Positions 1 to 12,600 of a stretch of DNA of 64,000 bases are shown here, in pieces (the first letter of the stretch is position 1; the number at the start of each line of letters is the position of its first letter). The position numbers and the translations under genes are program-made. A model generated the notes under the pieces. The model did not search any database. It saw only the letters and a list, made by a program, of their open reading frames with translations, and was not told the origin of the DNA. The stretch is taken from NCBI GenBank assembly GCA_965178125.1, contig OZ237753.1:806001-870000 (forward strand), read 5' to 3'. The stretch comes from Bilabrum cf. latius (lineage: Eukaryota).

Positions 1-501
1 GGGCAGGCGCTACTCGACTCCATCAAGGACTCGGATGATAAGTTCCGCAACATGGGCGGCGCCGCGCGGAGTGCCCCTGGGCTGGATCGCAGCGGCGTGC
101 ATCAGGCCCTGGAGCAGGAAAAGGCGAGGCAGCGAGCGACCGAGGCCGAGGCAGGCCAAGGGGGGACGGCTGCAGGGCCTCGGTTCGGGGCGGGGAGGGA
201 GCTCGGGCAGAAGGCCAAGAGGGGCTGGGCGGGCAGGGAACAAGGGGGTGCCGGCGGCGGGGGGGATTCCTCGAGCGAGGAAGAGGAGGATGACGGAACC
301 TCGGGCGCCGCGCGAAGGATCGCCGCGAAGCGCCGGCGGAAGGCCATCCGGGACGCGGTCCGCAGGGGCTTGGATCCCGAGACCGCGGCACGGCGCGTGG
401 ATGGGGCCGCTTCCGGCAGTGGGGATGGTCGCACGGCGGAGGAAAAAGAGGCAGAGATGCTGCTGCAAAGGAGACCCGAGGATCCGATGGCCCAGGGGTG
501 A
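1..501 (+). CDS. 3' end of a hypothetical protein (5'-truncated by window edge), charged/Gly-rich, ends ...RRPEDPMAQG*
   Basis: Frame 1 is open from position 1 to TGA at 499-501 with GC-rich coding-like codons; GC drops right after the stop. No domain recognised. Confidence 0.6.
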   Translation, partial: GQALLDSIKDSDDKFRNMGGAARSAPGLDRSGVHQALEQEKARQRATEAEAGQGGTAAGPRFGAGRELGQKAKRGWAGREQGGAGGGGDSSSEEEEDDGTSGAARRIAAKRRRKAIRDAVRRGLDPETAARRVDGAASGSGDGRTAEEKEAEMLLQRRPEDPMAQG

Positions 502-686
502 GGTGATTCTGCGCCATTGGGTCCCATGCCAGATCCCGGATGTAGACTAGCATCCATATTTGGGAGCATTTGACACGATTGAGCGTATGCCAAGGCTGTG
601 TCATTTCTGTGCAATATTGCCATCTCTCTGTACCGCTACAGGCAACCCCTCCCGGTGACCCGCGTGAATCGCCAGCACTTCTTTCT

Positions 687-2042
687 TCAGGTCCTGCCTG
701 CCTCGGACCCAGCTCCACTGGCAGGCGGACTCTCTCCGCCGGATGGCTCCGACGTGTCGCCATCCTGAACGGCGTGCTCGTCTCCGTGGCTAGTAGTGGC
801 ACCGTCGGGATGCTCGCCTGCGTTGCCGGGATCCTCTCCGCTCCCGGTTTTCCTGTCGAAATCGTCCCACCGAAGCTCCTGGTCCCACAAAACAACCCCG
901 CCGGTGGAATCCGTAGCAAGCGGAGGCAGCGCAGATCGCCTCGAATTGGAATCGCCGTGATGCTCTGAAGACCGCATTTCTTCACCGCCATGTCCCGGGC
1001 TCGGCGAAGATCTGCTTGAAGCGGACTCGTGCGAAGACTCGCGGTGCCCCTCCGTGTCCGTGTCACCTTCCGCCGCGTCGCTCGCAGCGTGAGAGGCTGT
1101 CGGCATGCCGTCTAAATTGCGGGCAACAGACCACGGAAAGGCGCTGGAAGGGTACTTTGCAGCGTTGCTAATGTCCTGTACGGAAGCACACTCGGGGGAC
1201 GGTGCCGCGGAGGCTTCCCGCGGCCCAGCCTATCTCTTGCTCCTCGAGCAGTTGCTTCGGTGCCGTTCCACGTCATCGAAGCTGAAGCTATCCCACGAAA
1301 CGACCTCCTCGAGGGCATACCTGGGTGTAGGCTCATCGCGTGATTCACTGTCTGCGGTGGAACTGTCACTCTGGTCGTCCTTCAATGGATACCCTGTGGC
1401 AATCACCATCGCAACGTCGAACCGCGGCGGCACCCCCAGCGCCTCTCGCACGGCCGGGCCGTGCAATCCCTCCATGGGCGACGTTGCGAGTCCAGCCGCC
1501 TCGCAAGCGAGAAAGTAGTATCCTGCCAATATGCCAGCTTGCTTTAGCGCCCAACCTTCGGCAGAGTGCGCAGTCGGTATCCTGTTTGGCCCCAGCACGG
1601 CAGATGCAACCAGCAATGCGGCCCGCTTGATTTCCTGGGCCTACGGGCCGAGCGCACCCCCGACTAACACGGCTATTTTTTCGCCCAACCCATCAATGTA
1701 TGCGGCTGGCTTCTGTCCGGCAGCTCGTTCCAGCGCCTCCAACCGGTGCAGCGTTCGCACCGCCTCCTTGTCTGCAAGAAGCACGACTGAAGCCGGGGCT
1801 TCCAGCACTCGCTTCGCGTTGGCACCAGGCATGCAATTTGCTATTGCTCGCTTTGTCTCTTCCTTAGATGCAACCACGAAGCGCCAAGGTTGCAAATTGA
1901 AACTCGAAGGTGCTCGTAGAGATACTTGAAGAACTTGTTTCAGCACCTGTGGATCCAACTATTGCTTGGTATCAAATATATGCACTGACTTCCTGTCTTT
2001 TGTTAACGAATGCAGCCCATCGATAGAGTAGGAGGACATCAT
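687..2042 (-). CDS. Nitroreductase-family flavoprotein with a low-complexity C-terminal tail (~451 aa; 3 in-frame TAG read as Gln)
   Basis: ATG 2042. LTKDRKSVHIFDTKQ[TAG 1959-61]LDPQVLKQVLQVSLRAPSSFNLQPWRFVV matches the nitroreductase RxSxR...APS-NxQPW motif; later GLATSPMEG and VIATGYP. Continues through TAG 1641-43 and 1230-32 to TGA 687-689. Confidence 0.85.
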
Positions 2043-2386
2043 GCGATGCCACCGCGTGAACCGCCGCCGCCGAGGTGCAACTATCGGCTGGCGGCGCATC
2101 GCGCTATGTATGAATCGCAAGCTTGCATCCATACAGTTGCCAGGTAATCGCTGGAAGCCAGCCATAGTGTCAAATGGTGCCCTCGATGCAATTTGCGACC
2201 GATATGCGCGGCGCCGCGATAATTCTGAAATCTCGCCACGGCTCCAAAGTTCGCATCTTTGCAACCTGGTTGTGGCATATCCACAACTTCCAGCCCTACC
2301 ATCACAACAAGCTGCGGTATAACATAATCCTACAAATCTATTGAGGCGCGAGTTCTGTGGTCTAGGCGGGCTGTCGTACGAACAAC

Positions 2387-5300
2387 ATGGACCCAAGGCT
2401 TCGCTCCATGCGGTCGGAGAGCAGCGGTCAAGACTCGGCCTTGGACTATTCTGACTATGCGAGTAAAAGAAATAGTCTGGACAGATCGTTTTCGTCCCGA
2501 TCTGACTACCGAGATGGCGGGGTAGGCCTCGGATCGATGGCCCCTCGCTCGCAAGGTGGTCTCGTAACTGTAGCAGAGGCCAAGACTGCTGGCGATGGTA
2601 CAAGCAACCCCGCCGGTACGAGAAGCGAGCCATTTTCATTTGAAGGCGAGCAGAAAACAGGTTCATCTGCTGCGGGTGTGGCCCCAAGGCTGCAAGGCAG
2701 TCACCACGGTTCTGGCGGTGCCGGTTCTTTCTCTACAGATGAGCTTATCAACATCGCAGAGACGCTTAGGTACAAGATCGATATTAAAGATAGGTAAGAT
2801 TCCTTGAATCGGAGCTTACGAAGCTGTTCGTCTCGATCGCCGTAGACTTGAGGCAATCGGCTCATTGTGTGACGCCCTATGTATGCTCACCGTTTGCTTG
2901 TGTCGATCGACGCGCTTGATCCTTCCGGGTAGCTGCCCTTCAATTACAACTATCTGATGTTGCCTTGACATCACGGGGCACGCTGTAGCCGAATCTGTGT
3001 TGAGGGGAAACGAGCATGGTGGTGCGGGGTTGCCATAGCTGGCAGCAACCGGTGTCCTCCGTGTTCAATTTATTGTGTTTTGAGAGTTCATTGAATGCGT
3101 TGTTGTCTTTACTTGCCAGCGGGGCCTGCTGCTTCACGAATTCGGTGCTGTTCTAGTAGTTCCACTTTGACTTGATCCCGCAGGACATACCGGTTCTAGA
3201 CGTATCGAAGCTGCTTTGTGGGAAGCGAAGCAGTCGATTTCTTTGTGCAATAGAGGATTGCGGACAGCCGCAAAGAAGGCGAGGAGTTGGGCCAGGCGAT
3301 GGTCGACGCCGGGCTGTTCCACCACGTCGTGGACGAGCACAAGTTCGAGGATAAATACCTCTTCTTCCGATTTTACGTCGACGAAACGGTTAAGGAGAAA
3401 CATACACAGTTCGAGAGAAGGCGCCAGCGAGACGGTCTTGGCGTTGCCAAGGTAGCCGCGCTCGCTCGCCCCGCCGGTGCAGTCACCATGCCCGACGGCC
3501 GCCCCATGCCGCATGGGGCCAAGCACAACGAGTGCCTCGTCAAGCAGCTGTAGGGGGCCTGCCAGGGCACCGGGCACAAATCCATGGCCGCAAAGGCTGG
3601 GGCCGGGAGCAGCTACGGCGGCAGTATCGCCTCCGGCTCCGCTGGGGGCTCCTCCGCCTCTGGCGTGGGCAGCGGCGCGACCGGCTCGGACGAGTCGGAT
3701 TTCGCCGCTGCTGAGAGCGGGCTGCGGGCGGTCACCCTTCAGGCCATCGAGGACGAGGACGACGAGGAGGCGCTGGGGGCCACGGCGGTGGCGGCGGCCG
3801 AGGCGGCCGGCCGCGTCGACGCGAGGCACCACTCGTCACACTCCTCGTCGTCCGGGGTGAAGAAGAAATGTTCCGGCGGGGCCCCCGGTGGCCTGTCGGC
3901 GTGCCCTCACGCGGCCGCCCGCGCCCTTGCCGGAACTCAGGGCGTCCCGGGGCAGGAGGGCGTCCTTCAGGCTGCTGCCCCGGGTGCCGTGCGAAGGGGG
4001 CTAACCGACGGCTCCACGCACACGCACTCGCACTCGTCACGCTCCAACACCAGCGGCTCGGAGCCCGCGCACCGCGACACCCCGGCGGCGGGATCTGGAT
4101 CTGGCGGGGCGGGTAGGACGGTGACGGGAGGCAGCATCGAATCAGTGCTGCCCTCCCCCCACGGGCAGTCGCTAGCGAGCGGGGCTGCGCCGGGGGTCCG
4201 AAGCGGGATGGGCTCTTCGGGCCGCGCTGGGATGCTAGCCGCGGGCAGCAGCGATGCTTCGTTCGCCGGGGCACAGGCGGGTCCCGCGGGCACCCCCGCG
4301 GCCCCGTCCACTTTGCGAATGTCCATGCTGGGAGTTGACAAGGAGAGCGCGGTGCTGCTTGCGCTGGCCCGGAGACTCAGGGCCTGCGTGGACGTGAGAG
4401 ATCGGCAGTACCGGTTCCGTGAGTACGACAGCGTGTTTGTGGGCAGCACCGCGGTGGACTGGATGGTCCGCTCGGGGCTGGCCCGCTCTCGGCTGGACGC
4501 GGTTGCCCTGGGCCGTCGCCTGCTCGAGTCTGGGTACTTCCATCACGTGGTGGACGGCCACGACTTTGAGGACAAGCCCCTGTTCTACCGCTTCTACGTG
4601 GACGAGGACAAGGACGCGGAGTGGTTCTGGAAGAAGCACGGGGAGCTCGGTGTGGACGACGACGTCGGCAGGGGGAGGCACGGGACCCTGTCGGGTACAA
4701 CGGGTGACCCCAGTCAGCCGAGGGCATCGACTACCTCGGGCTCTGGCTCGGGTCCTATCATCAAGTCCAGGAGGCAGCAGCTTGGCGGCTCTGCCTGGAG
4801 CGAGCGCTCGAAGCACGAGGGCCAAGGGGGCGGCGGAGACGGGGGTCGTCTGGCATCGGTGGACCTGAGGCACTCGTCCAGGGCCAGCGAAGGGGGCGTC
4901 TCGCCAGGACACCTGGCGGGTAGCGAGGGGGGCAGCAGCCGCGTTCTAGCGCAGGGCAGTAGGCACCGATAGGCAATGACGAAGGGGTCCGCCACGAGCT
5001 GGCGCAGTTCCTGGCGCCTCCGGCCGCACACCACCTGCAACTCTCTCTTGCTTGGTCCCGCCCTATCCGATGCGATCCACGTTGCAGCCAACACTGTGCC
5101 CGTGGGGACAGCGAGGGTGGGGGGCACGGCGGTGGGTGACCCGCAGCAGCTGGGACGGTGGCTCGCGGTCCTCCGCAGACGTGCGTGGGATGCTGCGCTC
5201 TCAGTGCGACCCAACAAGGCCGCGGCCGTGCGTTGGCAGAGGCGCAAGCCCGTGGCCCCGCCTGCGGGTAGCCCAGGCGCAGGCGGCGACGCTACGACGG

Positions 5301-8300
5301 CTCCAGCCCTCTTTACCTGGATGGTGTCCTCCTCTCGATCATCGGCGTCGCAGGGGATCCGGGTGTGGCGGCTGGACGGGCCTGACATGCAGAACAACGT
5401 GGTGTGGAAGACGGAGGCCACGGTCGACGCCCCCCTGCACACGGTGGTCAAGCTGCTCTCCGACACTGGCCTGAGGCGGGAGTGGGACAAGGACTGGCAG
5501 CGGGCGGTGCTGGTCCAGAGCATTCAGGCAGAGGTGCCCAAGCTGGAGAAGGCAGCTGCAAACAACAGCGGCAGCGGCAGCGGCAGACACGGGGACGGGG
5601 ATGGCCGGCTGGCACCCGCCCGCGGCCCGCTCACGTCCATGGACAGCATCCCTTCGACCGCAAACGACGCTGACGAGTCGTTGTCCGATACCTCTGTGAG
5701 TGACAGGCGCAGGGGCCGGCGGGAGCCCTCGTCTGCCAGCGCGGGCCGCCGAGCCGCTGGCGATCGGCACAGCTAGCAGCAGCCCCCGCAGCAGCCGGAT
5801 GAGCCTCTCATCCACGAGACCTTCGGGCGGTTCCTGGGGAGGACCTCCGCCTCTGCCTCCGCTTCCGGGTCCGCGTCCAGCTCGCCCGCCCGCACGCCAG
5901 CCGGCCTCCGCTAGCCCGTTGAGCCCCGGGGGCTGACGGACGCGCTCGACCTCAGCTCCGGCTCCAAGACGTCCTCCACGGACACGCCCTCCGTGCTGTC
6001 CTACCCCAGCGCAGACATGGCCACCGGCGGAGCCCCCCGCCCGCAGGACCTCTGGCTCCGGCTGGCGCGCAGCGATCGCACCACCCTCCGCGAGGCAGCC
6101 GAGGCGGCCCTCCCCGCGGGTACAGACGGTTTGCCGCGGGCCGTGTACAGGCAGATGCAGGCCGTGAGCGTGCTCGCTTCTCCCAGAGATTTCGTGACTC
6201 TGCAGGATGGCGCCACCGTCAGGTTCCGCAGGCCTCGCGCGCTGGGAACGGACCGTGGGAGCTCCCGGCCCAGGGCACAGCGGGCCGCGGTGCTGTACGA
6301 AGTGTCGGTGCAGCACAGGTCCGTGCCCCCAAGGGACGGCAGCACCCGCGGTGAGGTCCTTGCGAACGTGTGGGCGGTCGTGCCCACCGAAGGGGCCCGC
6401 CGCCCGGACAGGCCGGCCATGCTCCGGTCGGAGCTGGAGGCGGCTCGGTACGGTCTGCAGATGGTGAGCACGCAGCGCTGCAGGGTGGTGCTCGTGTCGC
6501 AGATGAGGCTAGAGGGAAACCTGCCCCCGTGGCTCAACGGCACGGTGGCAGACGCGCAGACCCTGGATCCCATCAAGCGGCTGCGAGCTGCCGTGGCCAA
6601 GGAGGGCCTGAGGGCCAGAGCCAACGAGGAGGTGGCCGCGGGGATGGCGCAGCAGCTGAGGCAGCAGGCCGCAGAGCAGGCCCGCAGGCACCAGGCCGAG
6701 CAGGAAAGCAGGCTAAGCGCCATACGGGCCGCGGAAGAGCGGTCGGTGGGGTCTGCAACTGGCGCCCCGGATGTGGCAGGGCGGGACGTGCCGGCGACTC
6801 CCGCAGAGGTAGCGGACATCAGGCGGAGCAGCCCTCCCGGGCGAGGCGCGGGAGTGGTTGGTGCAGTGGGACGAGCTGCCTCTACGGCCGGGCCCACCTC
6901 TCACTCGTCACACGGCGCGTCCGCGCTGCAGCCCCAGCAGCACGCGGCCATCCGCGCGACCTCTGCCTCCCCGCACGGCTCCATGACCCCGCCCGGGACG
7001 GGGGCTAGCATCCTGGCCCCCGGCCAGGTGGGGTCACCCACTGGGCGTGCCGGCTCGGGGCTGAGTGGCGATGGGGCCGCTGGCGGAGACTCGCTGGAGG
7101 GCGCCTCAAGGAGGGGCTCCACCCGGCTGATCAGCTCGGATGGCGCGGATCGGGCTGTTCGGGGAACACGGCGGGTCACCACGCTGAGCGAGATATCAGG
7201 GGACGGGTCCAGCGGCAGCCAGGAGGGCGGCTCGCAGGGCAGCCCCGTGCCCAGAGACCTCACGGCGGAGGGAGAGGCCGCGGAGGCTGCCGCCCTCCAG
7301 TCCCAGGACAGCGGGTCCGTGGGTCAGCGGCAGGACAGCATCATGGTGGCCGGCATCGCGGTCGTGGGCCAGGATGGGAAGGAAGGGGGGCCGGTGGACC
7401 CCGATGCGGGGGGCGAGGAGGCGCCCGAGCCCGCTGCGGTTGCGGGGCGGGTGAGCTCCGGCGGTGGCGGCACCGGCGTGTCACTGAAGGACTTTGACGT
7501 GCTGGCGGTGCTGGGCAGGGGGGGCTACGGGAAGGTGCTGCAGGTGCGGCACCGCAAGCGCGGGGGCGTGTACGCCATGAAGGTGCTGCGCAAGAGCGAG
7601 CTGGTCAAGCGCAAGCAGGTGAGACGGACCCTGACCGAGCGGGACATTCTGTCCAAGGTCAGGCACCCCTTCATCGTCAAGCTCGAGTTCGCCTTCTAGA
7701 CGGACAAGAAGCTGTACATGGGCCTGGAGTTCGTGTCGGGGGGCGACCTCTTCACGGTGCTGTCGAGGGACGGGCTCGTGGACGAGACGAGGGCGCGGCT
7801 GTACATCGCCGAGATCGCGCTGGCGCTTTAGTACCTGCACGAGCACAGCATCGTGTACAGGGACCTCAAGCCGGAGAACGTGCTGGTGGACGCCCAGGGG
7901 CACATCAAGCTCACGGACTTCGGGCTGTCGAGGGCCGCTAGGGTGCAGAGGAGGCCCATGAGGATGCTTCCGCTGGGCGCGCGGGCCGTGGTGGAGTCGA
8001 GCGTGCCTCCAGGGGCGCCTGACGCTGCCCGTGAGGCGGTGCGTGCCGCGGATGAGGCCGAGGACGGTGTGGCGGGCAGCGTGGAGCTTGGGGAGGGCGG
8101 TGCCGACGGTGCGCAGGAGATCTCGTACTCGTGGGCAGGCACGGAGCTGTACATGGCCCCGTCCATCCTGCTGTGCAGGGGCCATGACGAGCGGGTGGAC
8201 TGGTGGTCCCTGGGCGTCCTCATGTCGGAGATGATTACGGGCAGACACCCCTTCAAGGGTCCCAACCACTACGGGACGCTCAAGAACATCGTGCACCCCA

Positions 8301-9157
8301 AGGCGCCCATCCAGACCCTCCGCTGGCTGAGCCCCGCGGCCGCAGACCTCATGTCTGGCTTCCTGAGGAAGGACCCGGAGAAGAGGCTTGGGTCAAGGAC
8401 GGCGGGCGGCTTCGAGAGCATCAAGAACCACCCGTGGTTCGCGGGCCTGGACTGGCAGGCTGTCTACGACAGGAGGTATGCCTCGCCCTACGTGCCCCGC
8501 ATGCGCACCGCCGAGGACACGACCAATTTCGACGAGGTGTTCCTCAGGGAGGCCCCCGTCGACTCGGTGGCTTCCTCCGTGGGCGGGCTGGAGCTGCTGC
8601 AGCCGGGCAGGCACAAGGACGGCAGCGAGGCCAAGCCGCTGCCCATCCGGTCCGAAGAGGCCGTGCAGCAGGTGTGGTCGGAGGCGAGGCAGCAGGCGAA
8701 GCAGCAGGTGCGCGCGGAGAGGGCGGCAAAAAAGGCCAAGCAGCAGGGGGGAGCAGGGATGGCGCTACCGCCCGCTGCCAGTGGCGGGACCAGGGGTCAG
8801 GGGTCAATTGCGGGTGCGGGTGCGGGAGCAGATGCGGGGGCGGGTGGCTCGGGTGCTCCATCCGGTGCTCCATCCGGTGCGGGGGGTGCGCCGGCGCAGG
8901 ATTTCTTCGGCTTGTTCCGGCCTGCGGATGGAGCAGCAGCTGCATCAGCCGGTGGTGGCGGCGCAGGGGCAGGCCCGGGTGCTCCCGGAGTGGACGCGGA
9001 GATGGGCCTGGAGCGGGGGGGGAGCGGCGGACGGATCACGAGCGCCATGTCAACCGCCTCTGCTACTGAGGCCACGGAGGAGCTCGCCAAGAAGCTGCTG
9101 TGGGATTTCCCAGCCTTCGATTTTGTAGCCGCAGAAGTAGATGCGAGCCTGGAGTGA
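2387..9157 (+). CDS. Multidomain AGC-family Ser/Thr kinase: DEP-DEP-START-kinase-AGC C-tail (~2126 aa; exons 2387-2793, 3184-9157; 8 in-frame TAG)
   Basis: GT-AG intron 2794-3183 restores DEP1 (IKDRTYRF[Q][15 protein letters not shown]...[20 protein letters not shown]). DEP2 ~4375-4605 ([23 protein letters not shown]...[10 protein letters not shown]). START motifs RREWD, SPRDFV, GNLPPW. Kinase [38 protein letters not shown]; tail NFDEVF and FPAFDF. TAG at 3197, 3251, 3551, 4970, 5774, 5912, 7697, 7829; TGA 9155-57. Confidence 0.9.
2794..3183 (+). other. Spliceosomal intron (390 nt, GT-AG)
   Basis: Donor AG|GTAAGA, acceptor CCCGCAG|G; removal restores the DEP motif KDRTYRF in frame. Confidence 0.85.
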
Positions 9158-9601
9158 TTGGTGCTTTCGGCACCGAAAATGCCTCAAAAAACGGCTACTA
9201 GGTAGCCCGTTGGTTGAGATTAGTCGACGCTTGTGGTGCTGCCGGTGTTCCTGCGCGAGCGGAGAGGCCAGAATTACCATGCTCGCGTCAATTTTGGCAT
9301 GCTGGCAACTTGATCGTGTATTTCTGCGCACAAGTAGTTTAGCTTTCATGTTGAGACATCCAGAATGTCCCTGTTGTCCTGCTCCCATTTCCTTCCCCAT
9401 TTGGTTGGAAGGGGGGGCAAAAGCCACTTGCAACCCCCGCCGACGGGGGCACTCACCAGTCTACCCCTCTGGCAGTTGGGGTCACAACGCGGTTTGCGTC
9501 AAGACCGGGAGACAAACTGCATCGGTACACGAAAGTCCCGAGCCTATCCGTGCCTATACTGGCACTCAAACTATTAAGAAGGTCTGAATTTTCCAAGTAG
9601 T

Positions 9602-12600
9602 ATGCTTGGACGACTGTCGCGTCCCTCGAGCATCCAGTGCTGTTGCATGCTTGCAGGGGTCGTGATATTAAGCACCGAATCGGCCAGGGCTGCGCTACAA
9701 GCAGGAGAAGGATCCATGCCGATGCGTATTGAGCTTGGACTTTAGCGAAACTCCAAACGATTGAGATCAGCGTCTGCTGGAATGCCCGTTCTCGACGAGG
9801 ATGGCGAGTTTGGTTCAGCATTGTGCGAACTGGGTGCGTCTCCCTACGGTGACGCTGATTTGATCGCCGCGGCTTCTAGTGAAGAGGGCGAAGTCCATTT
9901 CCTGCATGTGTCTGCCAATGCAGACGCGGTGATTCTCGGTAGAAACGTCTTTGTGGCAGGTACATCCAGCTTTAACCTGCGCGACACAAACTCATTCGGC
10001 ACCAGCCTTGCCGGGTTGCCAGACTTGGATGCGAACGGCTGCCGTGACATGATCACAGGTATGCCAACAGGAAATGGGACCGTCGGTACGGCCGCAGTGC
10101 TGCGGCTAGGAGGGCCATACTGCGACGAGGTTCTAAACGCTACACTTCTTGTTGCTGGCGAGAGCGAGCTAGTGGGCATTACGTAGCACAAGGAATTCGG
10201 CATATCTGTGGCAAGTCTACTTACTGCGCCATTTTATATCGATGGTGTCGCCCGGGTGGCCGTAAGCACAGTCAGCGGAGGAGGCGACACCGGCCGCGGA
10301 GGAATTCACATCCTCGAGCTCGCCAGCAACGGCTCTGTCGTGGGCACCCCCACCCTGCTGGCGAACGGGACGACCAAGATCGGCGCCGGGGCGGGTGGAT
10401 CAGGCGTGAAGCTCGACTTGGAGGAGGAAGACCTTACCAGAGTGGGCACCGCCCTCGCCGTGCTCCCATACGAAGGTCCAGCAGGGCCGGGCACCAGCCA
10501 GCGGGAGAGGCTGGTGGCGCAGGTATACAACGACGACATTCTAGAGGTGGGCATCGCGATCTTCGATATCGAGCACGTGCGAGGCATCGGGATCGCGCTC
10601 CACGCTTACACGGTAATCAATCCGTACAGCAGCAGCCAGCGACCATTCGGCATGTGGACATACGACATGAGCCTCTTCGGCGACGCCATCGCAGGGGCCG
10701 GAGACGTGGATGGAGACGGTCACTGGGACCTGTTCGTGGGCGTGCCAGCGATCGGGAGCAACGAGGGCGGCGCTGCGGTGATCCGGCTGGACGGCTCAAT
10801 CCATCCTATCGAGGCGCGGGTTCTTTCCGAGAGCTCCGCGGCGGTCTGGAATACCGACTTCGAGATTGACGAATATTTTGGAAGGTCTGCAGCCCTTGTG
10901 AACTCGTCGAGTTTCGGGAGGCGCATCCTGGTGGGCAGCACTGGCTTCGACTCGGACACTGGCGCGCTCCACGTTCTCAACCGCATCGAGAACTCCATGG
11001 TGGGTGGCTACAAGGGTGACGGGTATCTCCTATTGGCGCAGGATACGGAGGATCTGGGTCCGCAGCTGCAAACGATCGGAGTCACGGAGCTGCGGGAGGA
11101 CGGCGAGTTCGGGCTGGCCGTGGCCACGTGCGGGGACTGGGACGGCAACGGGGTAGAGGACTTGTTCGTGGGGCAGCCGGACATCAGCAACGAAGACACT
11201 GGGGCGGTATACGGCCTGTACATGCACCCCAACGGCACGGTCAAGGAGGCGTTTGTTATCCACGGCGAGGACAGCGAGCTGAGCGGGTTCGGGATTGACG
11301 AGGACTCCGAGTTCGGCATCGGCCTGGCCTGCTTCATGGAGCCCGACGTGCCCGAGAACCCATCCCCGTACGCGGGTCTCCTGCGCCTGGCGGTCGGGGC
11401 CACCAAGCACGGGACGGACGGAGTCGTCTTCGAGATGGCGCTGCATCCCTCCAACGGAAGCATCGCCCACGGCATGGTGGCGGTGATCGATACCGCTGAT
11501 CCGGTCGTGAGCGGCGCCTCGGACGACGACGACATGGGCAGCGGCCTGGCATACCTCAGGAACGCGACGATCATTGTCGTGGGCCAGGACGACAGCGAGA
11601 ACGTCTTCATCCTGCGGCGTGCTCGAAATGGGACTCTTGGGCAGGTAGACGAGCTCCATGAGCTGTCCCAATCGTTCGTGGGAGACGACTCCGACGATTA
11701 CTTTGGCAACGGAATCTCAGCTTACAGCGACTGGAACGGCGACGGGCTGGAGGACGTGCTCATCAGTTCGGAGAACGGCCACTCCAGCGAATCGGGGGAG
11801 GTCTTTCTCGTGGCTCTGGATGTCGACGGGGCGCCCATCGCGTACAAGGCCGTGCGCGGGGACAGAGAGGGAAGGGCGCTCGTTGGCGTGACGGACGAGG
11901 GCGATTTCGGGACCAGTGTCGAGCGGGCGGGCGACCTGGACGGAAACGGTGTGGAGGACATAATCGTGGGTGCGGACGACGACCGTGCCCCTGGCGGCAA
12001 CACCGGGAGCATGTATGTTATTTTCATGGGGGAGGGCGGAGAGGCCCTGGACTCTTTCAAGATCTTTGGGGCGAACTTTGGAGGTACTGTGATGGAGCAG
12101 GACGCCATCGGAGACTCAGTGGGAATACTTAGGGGCTGCAAAGTGCCTGTGCAGGACCCCGAGAGGGCAGCACTCGAGTACTGCTTCGTGATCGGAGCGA
12201 GCGACATGCACTCCCCCGACGACGAGTCCGGAGGCGTGTGGCTCGTGGCTCCTTTCGGGTCGCAAGAGATGCGCGTTTCAGTCACTGACGTAGAGAGCGG
12301 GAATCTGACGCTTACGGCTGAGGGTATGAAGCCCAACGTAACCTCACGATTGTATGGCCAGGCACAGGCCAGCTACGTGGGCGACTATGATGGCGACGGG
12401 GAGCAGGAGGCTGCAATGGCCGGCGTTGATGCAGAAGACACGAGCTAGGGCGGCAGCATCCTCCTGCGTCTGTCAAACGGTGCGAGCAGTCCCATCACTG
12501 CCCGTATCGAGGCTCCCGCGGGCCAACCCGCGTCGCTGGCGATGAACTTCTCCGGGGCTGTCTCATCCGCTGGGCTCGTGGACGGAGATGCCGCGGAGGA

